Positions 17,888-28,629 of a stretch of 39,496 nt of DNA are shown here, in pieces. A model generated the notes under the pieces. That model saw only the letters and a program-made list of their open reading frames with translations, was not told where the DNA came from and searched no databases. Position 1 is the first letter of the stretch. Each line of letters opens with the position of its first letter. The DNA lies in the sequence record SRR31156797_1248; one strand, written 5' to 3'. A program made the position numbers and the translations under genes.

Positions 17888-19924
17888 ATGGAATTTATTG
17901 AACTCGTCATTATCATTGCAATTCTTGTCACATTATCAAATGTGGCGAGCAAAATATTGCCCTCAGTACCGATCTTTTTTATTCAAATCATCTTAGGAAT
18001 TTTATTAGGTCTTACAGAAATGGGTCAAGAGATCGCCTTTGAACCGGAAATGTTTTTAGTAATGATCATTGGTCCATTGCTATTTCGAGAAGGGGAACGA
18101 GCAGATGTACCTGAGATCCTAAAAAACAGCAAGATCGTGCTGTTTTTGGCTTTTGGTGGCGTTTTAATGACGCTGTTTGCGGTCGGCGGAACCCTCCATT
18201 GGTTGATGCCGACGATACCTCTGGCTGCTTGCTTCGCTTTCGGGGCTGCGTTAGGACCAACTGATGCGGTGGCAGTCTCCTCATTAGCAAAGCGTTTGAA
18301 AATTTCCAAAAACATTATGCATATTCTTGAAGGCGAGGGCTTACTGAACGATGCTTCGGGGGTTACCGCATTACAGTTTGCTATCGTGGCTTTGACTACC
18401 GGGAGTTTTTCAGCAGCCAACGCAGGCTTCCAACTTCTTTTCTCTAGTATCGGTGGCGGGCTTGTCGGTTACTTGATCGTGTGGCTGAAACGCCGGATTT
18501 TACGTTTTATTGAAAAAATCTCGGCACAAGATGTCACAGTATACTTATTGATTGAACTGCTCTTGCCATTTGCTGCCTATTTGCTGGCAGAAATGATTGG
18601 CGTCTCAGGGATTATCGCAGCAGTTGTGGCAGGTGTAGCCCAAGCCCAAAGAAAACGCCGGATCTCGTTGTTTGATGCAGAATTAGCGAACATTTCGGAA
18701 AGCACGTGGTCGACCATTGTCTTTACATTGAACGCACTAGTGTTTCTCTTTCTAGGGATCGAGTTGTCACAAGTCTTTTCACCGATCTGGGAAAGCAAAA
18801 ACTATGCAAACTGGCATCTAGTCATCACGATTTTAGTCGTCACAGCGGTGATTTTCCTCGTACGTTTTATCTTTTTGCTATTTTATTATTGGTTCTTACA
18901 GTCAAAAAAACAAGTATCCATGAATCAAGTCGCCTTGTTGACCTTTGGTGGCGTCAAGGGAACAGTCAGTTTGGCAGCCATCTTCATTTTACCGGTGATG
19001 GTGCATGATACACCGTTTCAGGAACGGAGCTTGCTCCTGTTTTTGACCGCCTGTGTAATTTTGCTGACATTGATCATCAGCGTGATGGTCTTACCTTATT
19101 TGGCAGATGGTGAAGCTGCCGAAAGTGTCGACTTCAATCACTTGCTGATCTTAGAAGACGTCATCGAACAATTGGAAGCAGAAGAAAAACAAGAGCTTTC
19201 TGATAAAGGTCGCTTAGCGATCGATGCTGTCATCAATTCCTATGAAAATCGTCGTTGGGAATTGTATCGCAATAGTTTGACTGATTCAGAAAAACAAGAA
19301 ATCCAAGAAATTCAAGGATTGATCTTATCGATCGAACAAGACGGCTTGGATGAAGCTTATCGAAATGGGAAAGTCAGCCTAAATGGCTATCGTTTTTATT
19401 CACGCTTTATTTCTCAGCAGCAGCATTCCCTCGCAAAACAAATTCTCTCATTCTTTAGTTTTTGGCTCTTCTTTATTCAGCGTTTTATTCGTGTACTGAT
19501 CCATCCACGTTTGTTTTTACAGCGGCAGCAGCAACTGAAAGATGCCTTGAAACAACGAGACATTTCTGAAGTACAAAAAATCTACTTAAAAAACAGCGAA
19601 TACATTTTTCACAGTTTGAGCAATTTAGAAGATGTTTATGATTCCTCGCTGATCAATTTCTTTATTCGTCAACGAGAAATGAGCATCAAACGGTTTGAAC
19701 ATAGCAATTTCATTGAAACGATCATGATTGAGCAAGACCCGATTTTTGTTAAGAAAGTCCTTTGGGGCTATTATCTTGAGCGCAAGACGATCGATGAATA
19801 TGAAGTGGCAGAGAAGATTTCAACGATTTCTGCAAATGAGTACCGACGCAATGTCAATCTGTTAGAATCGTATGCGATGTCTCGAGCGGAAGAACAACCG
19901 AAACAGCGGATGTTCCGCCGATAA
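17888..19924 (+). CDS. CPA1-family Na+(K+)/H+ antiporter (NhaK/YvgP-like) with a long cytoplasmic C-terminus
   Basis: About 12 TM helices, GPTDAVAV, EGEGLLNDASG, GGVKGTVSLA. Confidence 0.92.
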   Translation: MEFIELVIIIAILVTLSNVASKILPSVPIFFIQIILGILLGLTEMGQEIAFEPEMFLVMIIGPLLFREGERADVPEILKNSKIVLFLAFGGVLMTLFAVGGTLHWLMPTIPLAACFAFGAALGPTDAVAVSSLAKRLKISKNIMHILEGEGLLNDASGVTALQFAIVALTTGSFSAANAGFQLLFSSIGGGLVGYLIVWLKRRILRFIEKISAQDVTVYLLIELLLPFAAYLLAEMIGVSGIIAAVVAGVAQAQRKRRISLFDAELANISESTWSTIVFTLNALVFLFLGIELSQVFSPIWESKNYANWHLVITILVVTAVIFLVRFIFLLFYYWFLQSKKQVSMNQVALLTFGGVKGTVSLAAIFILPVMVHDTPFQERSLLLFLTACVILLTLIISVMVLPYLADGEAAESVDFNHLLILEDVIEQLEAEEKQELSDKGRLAIDAVINSYENRRWELYRNSLTDSEKQEIQEIQGLILSIEQDGLDEAYRNGKVSLNGYRFYSRFISQQQHSLAKQILSFFSFWLFFIQRFIRVLIHPRLFLQRQQQLKDALKQRDISEVQKIYLKNSEYIFHSLSNLEDVYDSSLINFFIRQREMSIKRFEHSNFIETIMIEQDPIFVKKVLWGYYLERKTIDEYEVAEKISTISANEYRRNVNLLESYAMSRAEEQPKQRMFRR

Positions 19925-19963
19925 TATGTCTCAAAAGGCGCGCAACTTGATGCACGTTTTATG

Positions 19964-20044
19964 GAGTGTCTCCGTCAGGTTATTCCTAAAAGATGATCAA
20001 CATCGATGATCAGAGGGAATAAACTGACGAAGGCATTCTTTTTT
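19964..20044 (+). terminator. Long imperfect stem-loop with U-tail after the antiporter
   Basis: GAGTGTCTCCGTCAGGTTATTCC pairs with GGAATAAACTGACGAAGGCATTC; T6 follows. Confidence 0.7.
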
Positions 20045-20128
20045 ATTGCAAAAACTGCTCCTTTCTCTCATCGTTTCCTCGGATGAAATGTGGTACAATG
20101 AGCGAAGAAAAAACTCAGGAGGGATTCT

Positions 20129-22036
20129 GTGAAAGAATTAAAAGTAAGTGAATTAACCAAAACTTACGGTGAAAAAACACTGTTTGATCAGCTTTCTTTT
20201 CTGATACATGAAAAAGATCGGATCGGTTTGATCGGTGTCAATGGCACGGGGAAATCAAGTTTGCTGCGAATCTTAGCAGGTTTGGATCGTGGAGATGGTG
20301 ATCGCCAAACTGTTTTTGCTAGTCAAGATTATCGAATTGGCTTTTTAGCGCAAGACAATCAGCTACAAGAAGAATTATCCGTTGTAGATGCTGTTTTTCA
20401 AGGGACCAGTCCGCTGATCCGCGTTGTTCGCGACTATGAAAAAGCGCTGATTGCTTTAGAAAATAATGGTATGGATCAACAAACGCAGCGCAATTATCAA
20501 TTGGCAGAAGAAGCGATGAATAAAGCGGATGCTTGGAACACAGATACAACAGCCAAAATTATCCTCCAAAAACTTGGGATCAGTGATTTAAAGAAAAAGG
20601 TCAGTGAGTTATCTGGAGGTCAAAAGAAACGAGTGGCTATGGCTCAAGTATTGATCGATGAGCCAGACCTGTTGTTATTGGATGAACCGACTAACCACTT
20701 AGATTATGATGCGATCCAATGGTTGGAAGGCTATCTAAAAAATTATCGGGGTGCGTTATTGATGGTGACCCACGATCGCTACTTTTTGGATCGAGTCGTT
20801 AACCGGATCTTTGAATTGTCCTTTGGCAAGCTGCATGAATATCAAGGCAATTACGAGACGTATCTTCATGCTCGAGCAGAACGAGAACGAGTGGAGGAGA
20901 CGCAAGAAGACAAGCGCAAGCAGTTATACAAACATGAGTTGGCTTGGATTCGCACCGGAGCGAAGGCCCGTACAACGAAACAACAGGCACGGATCGATCG
21001 TTTCGATGATTTAAAAGAAAACCTACATCAAGTAAAACGGAACGGCGAAGTGGCCATTGATGTTGCTACGACACGCTTAGGCAAACAAGTCTTAGCGCTA
21101 AAAGATGCGAGTTTCCAGATTGAAAACAAAACGATTTTGTCTCACTTTGATCTGTTGATTCAATCAAGAGAACGCTTAGGGATCACAGGAGAAAACGGTG
21201 CGGGCAAATCTACGTTGCTCAATATTTTAGCTGGTCGCCTGCCTTTAGAAGAAGGGGAGCGGACGATTGGCGTGACTGTGAAAATGGCTTATTATACGCA
21301 AACGATTGAAGCGATGAACCCTGATCAGCGAATGATTGCTTATTTGCAAGAAGCAGCCGAGGAAGTGCAAAAAGTGGATGGCTCACAAGTCAGTGTCGCA
21401 GAAATGCTGGAACAGTTTTTGTTTCCGCGATCCATGCACGGCACTAAGATCGGCAAGCTGTCTGGCGGGGAAAAACGACGCCTATTTTTGCTCAAGCTAT
21501 TGATTGGGCAGCCAAATGTTCTCTTGTTAGATGAACCGACCAACGATTTGGATATTGATACCCTGACGATTTTGGAAAATTATTTGGAAACATTCCCAGG
21601 TGCAGTAATCACTGTTTCCCATGACCGCTACTTTTTAGATAAAGTTGCCCAAAAATTGCTGATCTTCGAAGGAGACGGCAGGATTAAGTCCTACTTTGGT
21701 TCCATTAATGAGTACCTAGCAGCCAATACCAATAAAGCTAGTTCAAGTGTACTAGAGCCAAAAGAATCAAAAAACGATTCACTTTCTCCTGATAGTGAGG
21801 AGTCTGCTGCAGCGCCTGTCAAAAAGAAACTGAGTTATATGGAACAAAAAGAGTGGGCGACAATTGAAGATGATATCGCGGCGTTAGAAGAAAAAGCTGC
21901 CGCTTTGACTGAAGAGATGAATCATCAAGGAGCTGACTTTACCAAGCTCCAAAAATTACAGCAAGAAATCAGCGAGGTTGAAACGCAACTTGCAGAAAAA
22001 ATGGATCGTTGGGAATATTTGAGCGAGTTTGTGTAG
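20129..22036 (+). CDS. ABC-F family ATPase (YfmR/Uup-like)
   Basis: Two NBDs ([42 protein letters not shown]), [10 protein letters not shown] linker, C-terminal coiled coil, no TM. Confidence 0.93.
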   Translation: MKELKVSELTKTYGEKTLFDQLSFLIHEKDRIGLIGVNGTGKSSLLRILAGLDRGDGDRQTVFASQDYRIGFLAQDNQLQEELSVVDAVFQGTSPLIRVVRDYEKALIALENNGMDQQTQRNYQLAEEAMNKADAWNTDTTAKIILQKLGISDLKKKVSELSGGQKKRVAMAQVLIDEPDLLLLDEPTNHLDYDAIQWLEGYLKNYRGALLMVTHDRYFLDRVVNRIFELSFGKLHEYQGNYETYLHARAERERVEETQEDKRKQLYKHELAWIRTGAKARTTKQQARIDRFDDLKENLHQVKRNGEVAIDVATTRLGKQVLALKDASFQIENKTILSHFDLLIQSRERLGITGENGAGKSTLLNILAGRLPLEEGERTIGVTVKMAYYTQTIEAMNPDQRMIAYLQEAAEEVQKVDGSQVSVAEMLEQFLFPRSMHGTKIGKLSGGEKRRLFLLKLLIGQPNVLLLDEPTNDLDIDTLTILENYLETFPGAVITVSHDRYFLDKVAQKLLIFEGDGRIKSYFGSINEYLAANTNKASSSVLEPKESKNDSLSPDSEESAAAPVKKKLSYMEQKEWATIEDDIAALEEKAAALTEEMNHQGADFTKLQKLQQEISEVETQLAEKMDRWEYLSEFV

Positions 22037-22052
22037 AGTAAAGGAGAGAACG

Positions 22053-23000
22053 ATGGAACAAGCATATTTAGATCTAGGAAGAAAAATATTAGCAGAAGGC
22101 AATGATAAAAGTGATCGTACAGGAACGGGAACACGCAGTGTCTTTGGTCACCAAATGCGTTTTGATCTGTCCCAAGGCTTTCCATTGTTGACAACCAAGA
22201 GAGTTCCTTTTGGCTTGATCAAAAGCGAATTATTGTGGTTTCTAAAAGGAGATACCAACATTCGTTATCTCCTAGAACATAATAACCACATTTGGGATGA
22301 ATGGGCGTTTGAGCGCTATATTAAAAGTGATGCTTACACAGGTCCTGACATGACGGACTTTGGCCGTCGTTCCCTAGTGGATGAAGCTTTCAACGAACAG
22401 TACCAACACGAGTTGAAACAGTTTTGTGAAAAAATCTTATCTGATGATACTTTCGCTGAAGCCTTCGGCGATTTGGGACACGTTTATGGGTACCAATGGC
22501 GCCATTGGGAAAAAAGTACGGGCGGGTTTATCGATCAAATCAAAGAAGTGATCGACATGATCAAGACGACGCCAGATTCTCGTCGTTTGATCGTCTCTGC
22601 TTGGAATCCAGAAGATGTACCGACGATGGCGTTGCCCCCTTGTCACACGATGTTTCAATTTTATGTTCATGATGGTCGCTTAAGCTGTCAGTTATATCAA
22701 CGCAGTGCCGATGTCTTTTTAGGCGTTCCCTTTAATATTGCTAGTTATGCGCTATTAACGCACCTGATTGCTCATGAAACTGGACTAGAAGTCGGAGATT
22801 TTATCCATACATTAGGTGATGCTCATCTGTACAGTAATCATATAGAACAGATGAAGGAACAGTTGACTCGTTCAGTACGTCCGGCGCCAAGCTTACAGTT
22901 AAATCCTGAAAAACAGTCAATCTTTGATTTTGAAATGGAAGATATTACCCTGGCAGGGTATGATCCGCATCCAACAATCAAAGCACCGATCGCAGTTTAA
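22053..23000 (+). CDS. thyA: Thymidylate synthase
   Basis: [37 protein letters not shown] after AAGGAG. Confidence 0.98.
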   Translation: MEQAYLDLGRKILAEGNDKSDRTGTGTRSVFGHQMRFDLSQGFPLLTTKRVPFGLIKSELLWFLKGDTNIRYLLEHNNHIWDEWAFERYIKSDAYTGPDMTDFGRRSLVDEAFNEQYQHELKQFCEKILSDDTFAEAFGDLGHVYGYQWRHWEKSTGGFIDQIKEVIDMIKTTPDSRRLIVSAWNPEDVPTMALPPCHTMFQFYVHDGRLSCQLYQRSADVFLGVPFNIASYALLTHLIAHETGLEVGDFIHTLGDAHLYSNHIEQMKEQLTRSVRPAPSLQLNPEKQSIFDFEMEDITLAGYDPHPTIKAPIAV

Positions 23001-23043
23001 GTGGTTGTTTGGTTTCATTTCATAAAGAAAGGAATGAGGCGTA

Positions 23044-23790
23044 ATGGAAAATACCCACAAACGAGGCTTTGCGGCGACCTTTCATCAGAGACATGCTGGA
23101 TCGATTCATGCATTGCTCATTGATCAATGCATTGATTTCTTGCATCAGCACTATGATACAGTTTGGCTATCCGTATCCGAGGAAACTGTGCCGGAGCTAA
23201 AAGAAGCCATTCGATCAAATCAGCAGTGCACTGCCCTTTTTATACCAGCTAAAGGGGCGGCGGATGCCCGCAGAAGGCTTATTTTTGCGGCACAGCATAC
23301 TTTACCAATGCTGGATTCATTGCATATTTGTGATTTTGATCGCGTAGTGACTTGGATCGAGACGTATCCAGAAGAACTTGTGGCAATAAGCAAACAGCCG
23401 TTACCAGAGAATACGTATTGTATCCTAGGGCGAACTGCAAGGGCGTTTGCGAGTCATCCGCAAACGTGGCAAAGAACGGAGCGCTTGATCAACGAGATCG
23501 CAGCTGACTTTTTTCAAATACAAGAAATTGATGTCGCAGCTGGTAGTGCTCTCTTTCCTATCTCCCTGATACCGACCTTACTGAAAAACAACAACGCGCG
23601 TTTAAACGATGGGGAATGGCCGAGAAATGTCCAAAGAAGCGGCGGCACAATTGTTTACCAAGCCTGTGATGGCTTGCGCTTTGATGAACGCAACAAAGAT
23701 CCATTTGAGCATGAATCAGCTTTTCAGCTGATGCAGCGGCTGCAGGTTGCTGCTACTATTTCTGAATCATTTTATACAGAAGGGATGTAA
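23044..23790 (+). CDS. Hypothetical protein, possibly a divergent GT-A-fold glycosyltransferase
   Basis: 248-aa ORF with SD (GAGG); KGAADARR...LHICDFDR resembles GT2 G..ARN...hhhDxD; no TM helix. Confidence 0.75.
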   Translation: MENTHKRGFAATFHQRHAGSIHALLIDQCIDFLHQHYDTVWLSVSEETVPELKEAIRSNQQCTALFIPAKGAADARRRLIFAAQHTLPMLDSLHICDFDRVVTWIETYPEELVAISKQPLPENTYCILGRTARAFASHPQTWQRTERLINEIAADFFQIQEIDVAAGSALFPISLIPTLLKNNNARLNDGEWPRNVQRSGGTIVYQACDGLRFDERNKDPFEHESAFQLMQRLQVAATISESFYTEGM

Positions 23791-23795
23791 TTTTT

Positions 23796-24284
23796 ATGTT
23801 GATCGCACTTTGGGCACAAGATCAAAAGGGTTTGATCGGAGCGGATGGCACGTTGCCGTGGCATTTGCCAAATGATTTGAAATTTTTTAAAGAGCAAACC
23901 ATCAATAATACGATTATAATGGGGCGCAAAACCTTTGAAGGAATGGGAAAAAGATTACTGCCGCAGCGTACGACGATCGTTTTGACAAGTGATCCACACT
24001 ATCAAGCCAACGGCGCGTTAGTGATGCATGACCGAGAGGAAATCTTAGCGTATGTGAAGCAACAAGAGCATCCCGTTTTTTTAACTGGTGGAGCGGGTGT
24101 TTTTGAAGCGATGATTGACGATTGCGATCAATTGTACCGTACAGTGATCGATGCGGAATTTAACGGAGATGTGTATTTCCCAGAGATTGATTGGACGCAA
24201 TGGAAACTTGATCATGTGATCGATGGGATCGTCGATGAAAAGAACCGTTACCCCCATCAATTTGAATTTTATCATAGAAAATAA
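23796..24284 (+). CDS. folA: Dihydrofolate reductase
   Basis: LIG...LPWHLPNDLKFFK, IMGRKTF, LP.R, GG, GDVYFP. Confidence 0.96.
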   Translation: MLIALWAQDQKGLIGADGTLPWHLPNDLKFFKEQTINNTIIMGRKTFEGMGKRLLPQRTTIVLTSDPHYQANGALVMHDREEILAYVKQQEHPVFLTGGAGVFEAMIDDCDQLYRTVIDAEFNGDVYFPEIDWTQWKLDHVIDGIVDEKNRYPHQFEFYHRK

Positions 24285-24329
24285 AAGAACAGGAAGCTTT
24301 CTGCAGCGAAAGTTTCCTGTTCTTTGTTT
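24284..24329. terminator. Bidirectional terminator between folA and hlyIII
   Basis: AAAGAACAGGAAGCTTTC...GAAAGTTTCCTGTTCTTT. Confidence 0.8.
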
Positions 24330-24347
24330 GTAAGCAATGCTTCATTT

Positions 24348-25001
24348 TTAGGTATACAACAAGACGGAGAAGTACATCAGTCCAGCACCTAACATAACGA
24401 ATAAGTGCCAAACCACATGCATGAATCGAACGGATTTTAAACTATAGAATAGCGCACCTACAGTATAAGAAACACCACCGCTTGCTAGTAAAAATGTTCC
24501 CCAGTAGCCTAAATGTTCGATCAGAGGTTTGAAGGCGACGACACATAGCCAGCCCATGATGATGTAGATCAGGGTGGAGATTTTTGAGACAGTCTCTTTT
24601 TTATGAAGAGTCAGTGACTTATAAACGATGCCGCTAATTGCTAGTAGCCAAATCAAGACAAAGAGTGACCAGCCAAGCCAGCCTTGGATACTAAGCAAGC
24701 AAAAAGGTGTATAGCTTCCGGCGATCAGCAAGAAAATGGAGGCATGATCAAAGACTTGGAAGACCTTTTTTGCTTTGGTAAAAATCAAACTGTGAAATAA
24801 GGTAGAAAAGAGGAAGAGCAAAATCATCATCGACCCATAAATGGCATAGGAAACGATGTGGATAGGTGACCCTAGATTTGCCCCCTTGATTAAGAGGATG
24901 ACCAGTCCTGCGATACTCAGTCCTAATCCGATCCCGTGGGTTACTGCATTTAATACTTCATTGACGATCAAATATCTGCGACTAAACTTCATGTGCTGCA
25001 T
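24348..25001 (-). CDS. Hemolysin III / PAQR family membrane protein
   Basis: NAVTHG, STLFH, DHASIFLLIAGSYTPF, HVVWHLFV. Confidence 0.93.
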   Translation of the reverse strand: MQHMKFSRRYLIVNEVLNAVTHGIGLGLSIAGLVILLIKGANLGSPIHIVSYAIYGSMMILLFLFSTLFHSLIFTKAKKVFQVFDHASIFLLIAGSYTPFCLLSIQGWLGWSLFVLIWLLAISGIVYKSLTLHKKETVSKISTLIYIIMGWLCVVAFKPLIEHLGYWGTFLLASGGVSYTVGALFYSLKSVRFMHVVWHLFVMLGAGLMYFSVLLYT

Positions 25002-25124
25002 TCGGCACCGTCCTTTCGAATCGAAATTAGATGAAAAAAAATTTTCTCTCTGTTATACTTAGTATAAATGGTCTGTGGTTATTTTACCACGAAAAAAGAC
25101 TTGATTTAAAGAGAGAGTGAATAT

Positions 25125-25970
25125 ATGATGGCAAATCTTAAAATTGTGACAGATTCTTCCAGTACGATGGAACCAAGTGTCCGTGATGCTTTGGCTATCC
25201 ATGTCGTGCCTTTATCTGTAATGATCGATGGTGTCGTTTATCCAGATGATGAAACGCTGCCGGGAGAAAAATTTATGCAAATGATGGCGCAAGCCAAAGA
25301 ATTACCTAAAACTAGCCAGCCGCCGATCGGTCATTTTGTAGAACTATATGATGAATTAGGCAAAGATGGCAGTGAAATACTATCGATTCATATGACCAAA
25401 GGGCTTAGCGGAACCGTGGAAGCGGCTCGTCAAGCCAGTCATCTATCAAAAGCCAAAGTCACTGTGATCGATAGTGACACGACAGACCAAGCGTTGGCTT
25501 TTCAAGTGATTCGGGCAGCAGAATTGGCTAAAGCCGGTAAGACACTAGAAGAAGTTTTACCAGAGGTGGATTTGGTGCGGGAGCATACGAAATTATTTAT
25601 CGGCGTTTCAACGTTAGAAAACTTAGTAAAAGGCGGTCGTATCAGTCGTGCCAAAGGTCTTTTATCGAGTTTGCTGAACATGAAAGTGATTATGGATTTT
25701 GATCATTCAGAACTGATTCCAGTCGTCAAAGGACGTGGTGTCAAGACCTTCAATAAATGGTTTGAAGAGTTAAAAGCTGAACTGAAGAGTATGCCTAAAG
25801 TGACGAAAATTGGTATTTCTCATGCTGAAGGGTTAGAAATCACAGAACGTTTCCAAAAGGAATTAGCGGAACTATTCCCCGAGTTGGATATCCCCTTGTT
25901 GCACACGACACCGATCATCGCCACTCACACAGGTAAAGGTGCCTTTGCGATTACTTATAGTACGGAATAA
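25125..25970 (+). CDS. DegV family fatty-acid-binding protein (FakB-like)
   Basis: IVTDSS, PKTSQP, LSGT, LVKGGRI, HTG. Confidence 0.94.
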   Translation: MMANLKIVTDSSSTMEPSVRDALAIHVVPLSVMIDGVVYPDDETLPGEKFMQMMAQAKELPKTSQPPIGHFVELYDELGKDGSEILSIHMTKGLSGTVEAARQASHLSKAKVTVIDSDTTDQALAFQVIRAAELAKAGKTLEEVLPEVDLVREHTKLFIGVSTLENLVKGGRISRAKGLLSSLLNMKVIMDFDHSELIPVVKGRGVKTFNKWFEELKAELKSMPKVTKIGISHAEGLEITERFQKELAELFPELDIPLLHTTPIIATHTGKGAFAITYSTE

Positions 25971-25988
25971 AAAAGCATGTTTTCTTTC

Positions 25989-26018
25989 AGCGATTCGTTT
26001 AATGACGAATCGCTTTTT
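25989..26018 (+). terminator. Terminator after degV
   Basis: AGCGATTCGT-TTAATG-ACGAATCGCT-TTTT. Confidence 0.75.
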
Positions 26019-26184
26019 GGCGTATGACAAGCTGTCAGGAAGAAAAAACAAAAAAAGAAGCTGCTGTTGCTTGTCGACTCTTTGGCAGGTAGCTGTTTTC
26101 TTTCTTAAGTTTGAAGGATTGCGACTAGGAATTTTATGAGAATTTTGTTAAAATAGCAAAGATTACAAAGGAGTTTGAATACCT

Positions 26185-27171
26185 GTGAAATGGAAGAAAT
26201 TAGTAACTTATCTACTCGTTGTGGGATTGATAGCTATTGGAACTGGCTTACTGTTTCATTTTACTGTTCCCAAAGCCCAACCATTGCTGACCCCTGTGGA
26301 CAAGCTAGCAGCCAATGATTCAAAAAAATCCGCCATTGAATATCTCGCTCTTGGGGATTCCTTGACAGAAGGGGTTGGTGATGAAACAGCTCGTGGTGGC
26401 TTTGTGCCCATTTTGGCTGGGGATCTAGAGGATCGCTATGATTTGAGCAATTTGGTAACTAAAAATTATGGGGTCGCTGGTGAAAGAAGCGATCAGATTT
26501 TAAAGCGAGTGAAAAACGATGAAGACTTACGCCAAGATCTTAGTCAAGCGGATTTGATTACCTTGACTGTCGGCGGTAACGACGTACTAAAAGTGATTCA
26601 GAGCAATTTCTTCGGCTTGAGCATTGAGACGTTTACGGAACCGATGGAAGATTACCAGGAACGTTTAAAAGACTTGTTTGCTCAAATCCGCGATTTGAAT
26701 AGTGATGCACCAATCTATGTCTTGGGCATCTACAATCCATTTTATCTGAATTTCCCAGAAATCACGGATATGCAGACGATCATTGATAACTGGAATAAAC
26801 AAACGGAAACGTTCGTCAATCAGCAAGACAATGCCTTTTTTATTCCTATCAACGATTTGCTCTATAAAGGGTTAAGTGATGAGGTCGGTATTGCTGATAC
26901 AGAAGAAGGAGAATCAGAGAAAACTGCCGAATCATCGGACACAGAACGCTTATCTGATTCATCGACGACAGCTTCGGACGAATCACAAAGCAGTACTTCA
27001 ACGACAACTGACTCATCGCAAACTGTCGGGAATAATATCACAAACAATGTTTTGTATGAAGGCGATCGCTTCCATCCCAATAATCTTGGGTATCAACTGA
27101 TGGCGAATGCCGTTCGCGATGAAGTGATCAAAACGCAAAATTATTGGTTGCTAGAGGAGGAAGCAAAATGA
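26185..27171 (+). CDS. SGNH/GDSL hydrolase (YpmR-like), membrane-anchored
   Basis: GDSLT, GVAG, GGND, DRFHPN blocks; N-terminal TM. Confidence 0.92.
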   Translation: MKWKKLVTYLLVVGLIAIGTGLLFHFTVPKAQPLLTPVDKLAANDSKKSAIEYLALGDSLTEGVGDETARGGFVPILAGDLEDRYDLSNLVTKNYGVAGERSDQILKRVKNDEDLRQDLSQADLITLTVGGNDVLKVIQSNFFGLSIETFTEPMEDYQERLKDLFAQIRDLNSDAPIYVLGIYNPFYLNFPEITDMQTIIDNWNKQTETFVNQQDNAFFIPINDLLYKGLSDEVGIADTEEGESEKTAESSDTERLSDSSTTASDESQSSTSTTTDSSQTVGNNITNNVLYEGDRFHPNNLGYQLMANAVRDEVIKTQNYWLLEEEAK

Positions 27172-27818
27172 AACCAAGCGAATCAACGAAGCAGCCGGAA
27201 AAAACAGCTGCAACGAAAAAAAAATCGATCAACTACTGGAAAATTGCTTTTCTAGTGTTGGTCGGTATCCTTTTAGGCACAACGGTTTTCTTTGCTTCAA
27301 GAATTTTTCAACAGCGAGAAACCGGCTTAAATGAAAGTGCTGAACTTGTTCAACGGGAGGGCAGTCCTGTTCTGACCGTTAACAGCAACAAGAGCCAGGT
27401 CAACCAATTGATTGATTTTTATCTGTCAGATTTTCAAAAAGATCAAGAGGTCAAGTATAATTTTGAGCTAAGAAATGAGGCATTGTTGACGGGAGAGTTT
27501 CAAGTATTAGGATTTCCTATCACCTTCTATCTCTATTTTGATCCTTACGTGACCGAAGAAGGTAACGTTCAATTGAAAGCCAAAAGCTTATCAATCGGCA
27601 CCTTGGATCTGCCCACCAGTGAAGTAATGAAAATGATCAAACGTAGTTTTAAATTTCCTGACTGGATCGATGTCAATGCCGATGAACAAATCATTTTGAT
27701 ACGTTTGGATCAATTCCGTATGCAAAATGGCTTGTTTATCAAAGCCAACAAAATCAATCTTGTGGATGATGAAATTCAAATGAGTTTATATTTACCAGCT
27801 GAAACGGAGGATGAATAA
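27168..27818 (+). CDS. YpmS (DUF2140) family protein
   Basis: [12 protein letters not shown] start, [15 protein letters not shown]; overlaps the SGNH stop (ATGA); SD AGGAGG. Confidence 0.85.
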   Translation: MKPSESTKQPEKTAATKKKSINYWKIAFLVLVGILLGTTVFFASRIFQQRETGLNESAELVQREGSPVLTVNSNKSQVNQLIDFYLSDFQKDQEVKYNFELRNEALLTGEFQVLGFPITFYLYFDPYVTEEGNVQLKAKSLSIGTLDLPTSEVMKMIKRSFKFPDWIDVNADEQIILIRLDQFRMQNGLFIKANKINLVDDEIQMSLYLPAETEDE

Positions 27819-28339
27819 TGGAACGAGCAATTTTTGCCGGTGGGTGCTTTTGGTGTATGATCCAACCCTTTGATGAATTAGAAGGGGTGCATTCAATTTT
27901 TTCCGGCTATACCGCAGGACATACCGAAAATCCAACCTATGAAGAAGTCAAAAGCCATCAAACAGGGCATACTGAAGCAGTGGAAATCATTTTTGATCCT
28001 GAAAAAATCAGTTATGAAGACCTTTTGACGATCTATTGGCAGCAAACGGATCCGACAGATGCTTTTGGTCAATTTGAAGATCGCGGCGACAATTATCGTC
28101 CGGCTATCTTCTATTTTAATGAAGAGCAGCGGAAAAAAGCCGAAGCCAGCAAAGAGGCGCTTCAGGCTTCCGGTCGATTTACCGATCCGATCGTGACCAC
28201 GATCGAACCAGCCCAACCTTTTTATTTAGCGGAAGAAGAGCACCAAGAGTATTACAAAAAGAATCCTGAGAATTTTGCTCGCAATCATGCCCGTAGAGCA
28301 GCCTTTTTAGAAAATCATTGGGAGCAAGAACATGCGTAA
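27818..28339 (+). CDS. msrA: Peptide-methionine (S)-S-oxide reductase
   Basis: [22 protein letters not shown]. Confidence 0.96.
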   Translation: MERAIFAGGCFWCMIQPFDELEGVHSIFSGYTAGHTENPTYEEVKSHQTGHTEAVEIIFDPEKISYEDLLTIYWQQTDPTDAFGQFEDRGDNYRPAIFYFNEEQRKKAEASKEALQASGRFTDPIVTTIEPAQPFYLAEEEHQEYYKKNPENFARNHARRAAFLENHWEQEHA

Positions 28340-28553
28340 AAGTTTTTATACCTATTTAATGGCAGTCAAAGGACCGAGTCATACAGATGAGGCCCAGATC
28401 TTTGCTACTCATGCAAGTCATGATATCCAGTTTCCGAAGCACAGCGATGACTATGATGAAGTCTCTTCTTATCTGGAACTAAATGTTGATTATTTGCCAT
28501 CCATGGATATTTTTGATCGTATCTGGGCAGAGTATCTCGAAAATAACAAATAA
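28332..28553 (+). CDS. YozE family protein
   Basis: SFYTYLM, FPKHS, SYLE, FDRIW.EY; follows msrA. Confidence 0.88.
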   Translation: MRKSFYTYLMAVKGPSHTDEAQIFATHASHDIQFPKHSDDYDEVSSYLELNVDYLPSMDIFDRIWAEYLENNK

Positions 28554-28629
28554 AAAAACTATCCTTCGTTTTGTATGGTTGCATAAAATCCGCAGAACGG
28601 AGCTGTTTTTTCTCAGAGAGGTGTTGTGA

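Noticed and set aside
20129-22036. ABC-F as a possible antibiotic resistance factor (Lsa/OptrA/Msr type)
   Set aside because: The [10 protein letters not shown] linker, C-terminal coiled coil and position before thyA fit housekeeping YfmR/Uup; no mobile context
23796-24284. DHFR as an acquired trimethoprim-resistance dfr
   Set aside because: Sits in the native thyA operon and keeps Phe at the position I align with S. aureus F98 (GGAGVF); no mobile element
24348-25001. Hemolysin III as a virulence toxin
   Set aside because: Widespread PAQR-family membrane protein in a housekeeping folA-degV context
25939-26139. 66-aa ORF between degV and the SGNH lipase
   Set aside because: Runs through a terminator hairpin and A/T tracts, with no SD and non-protein-like composition
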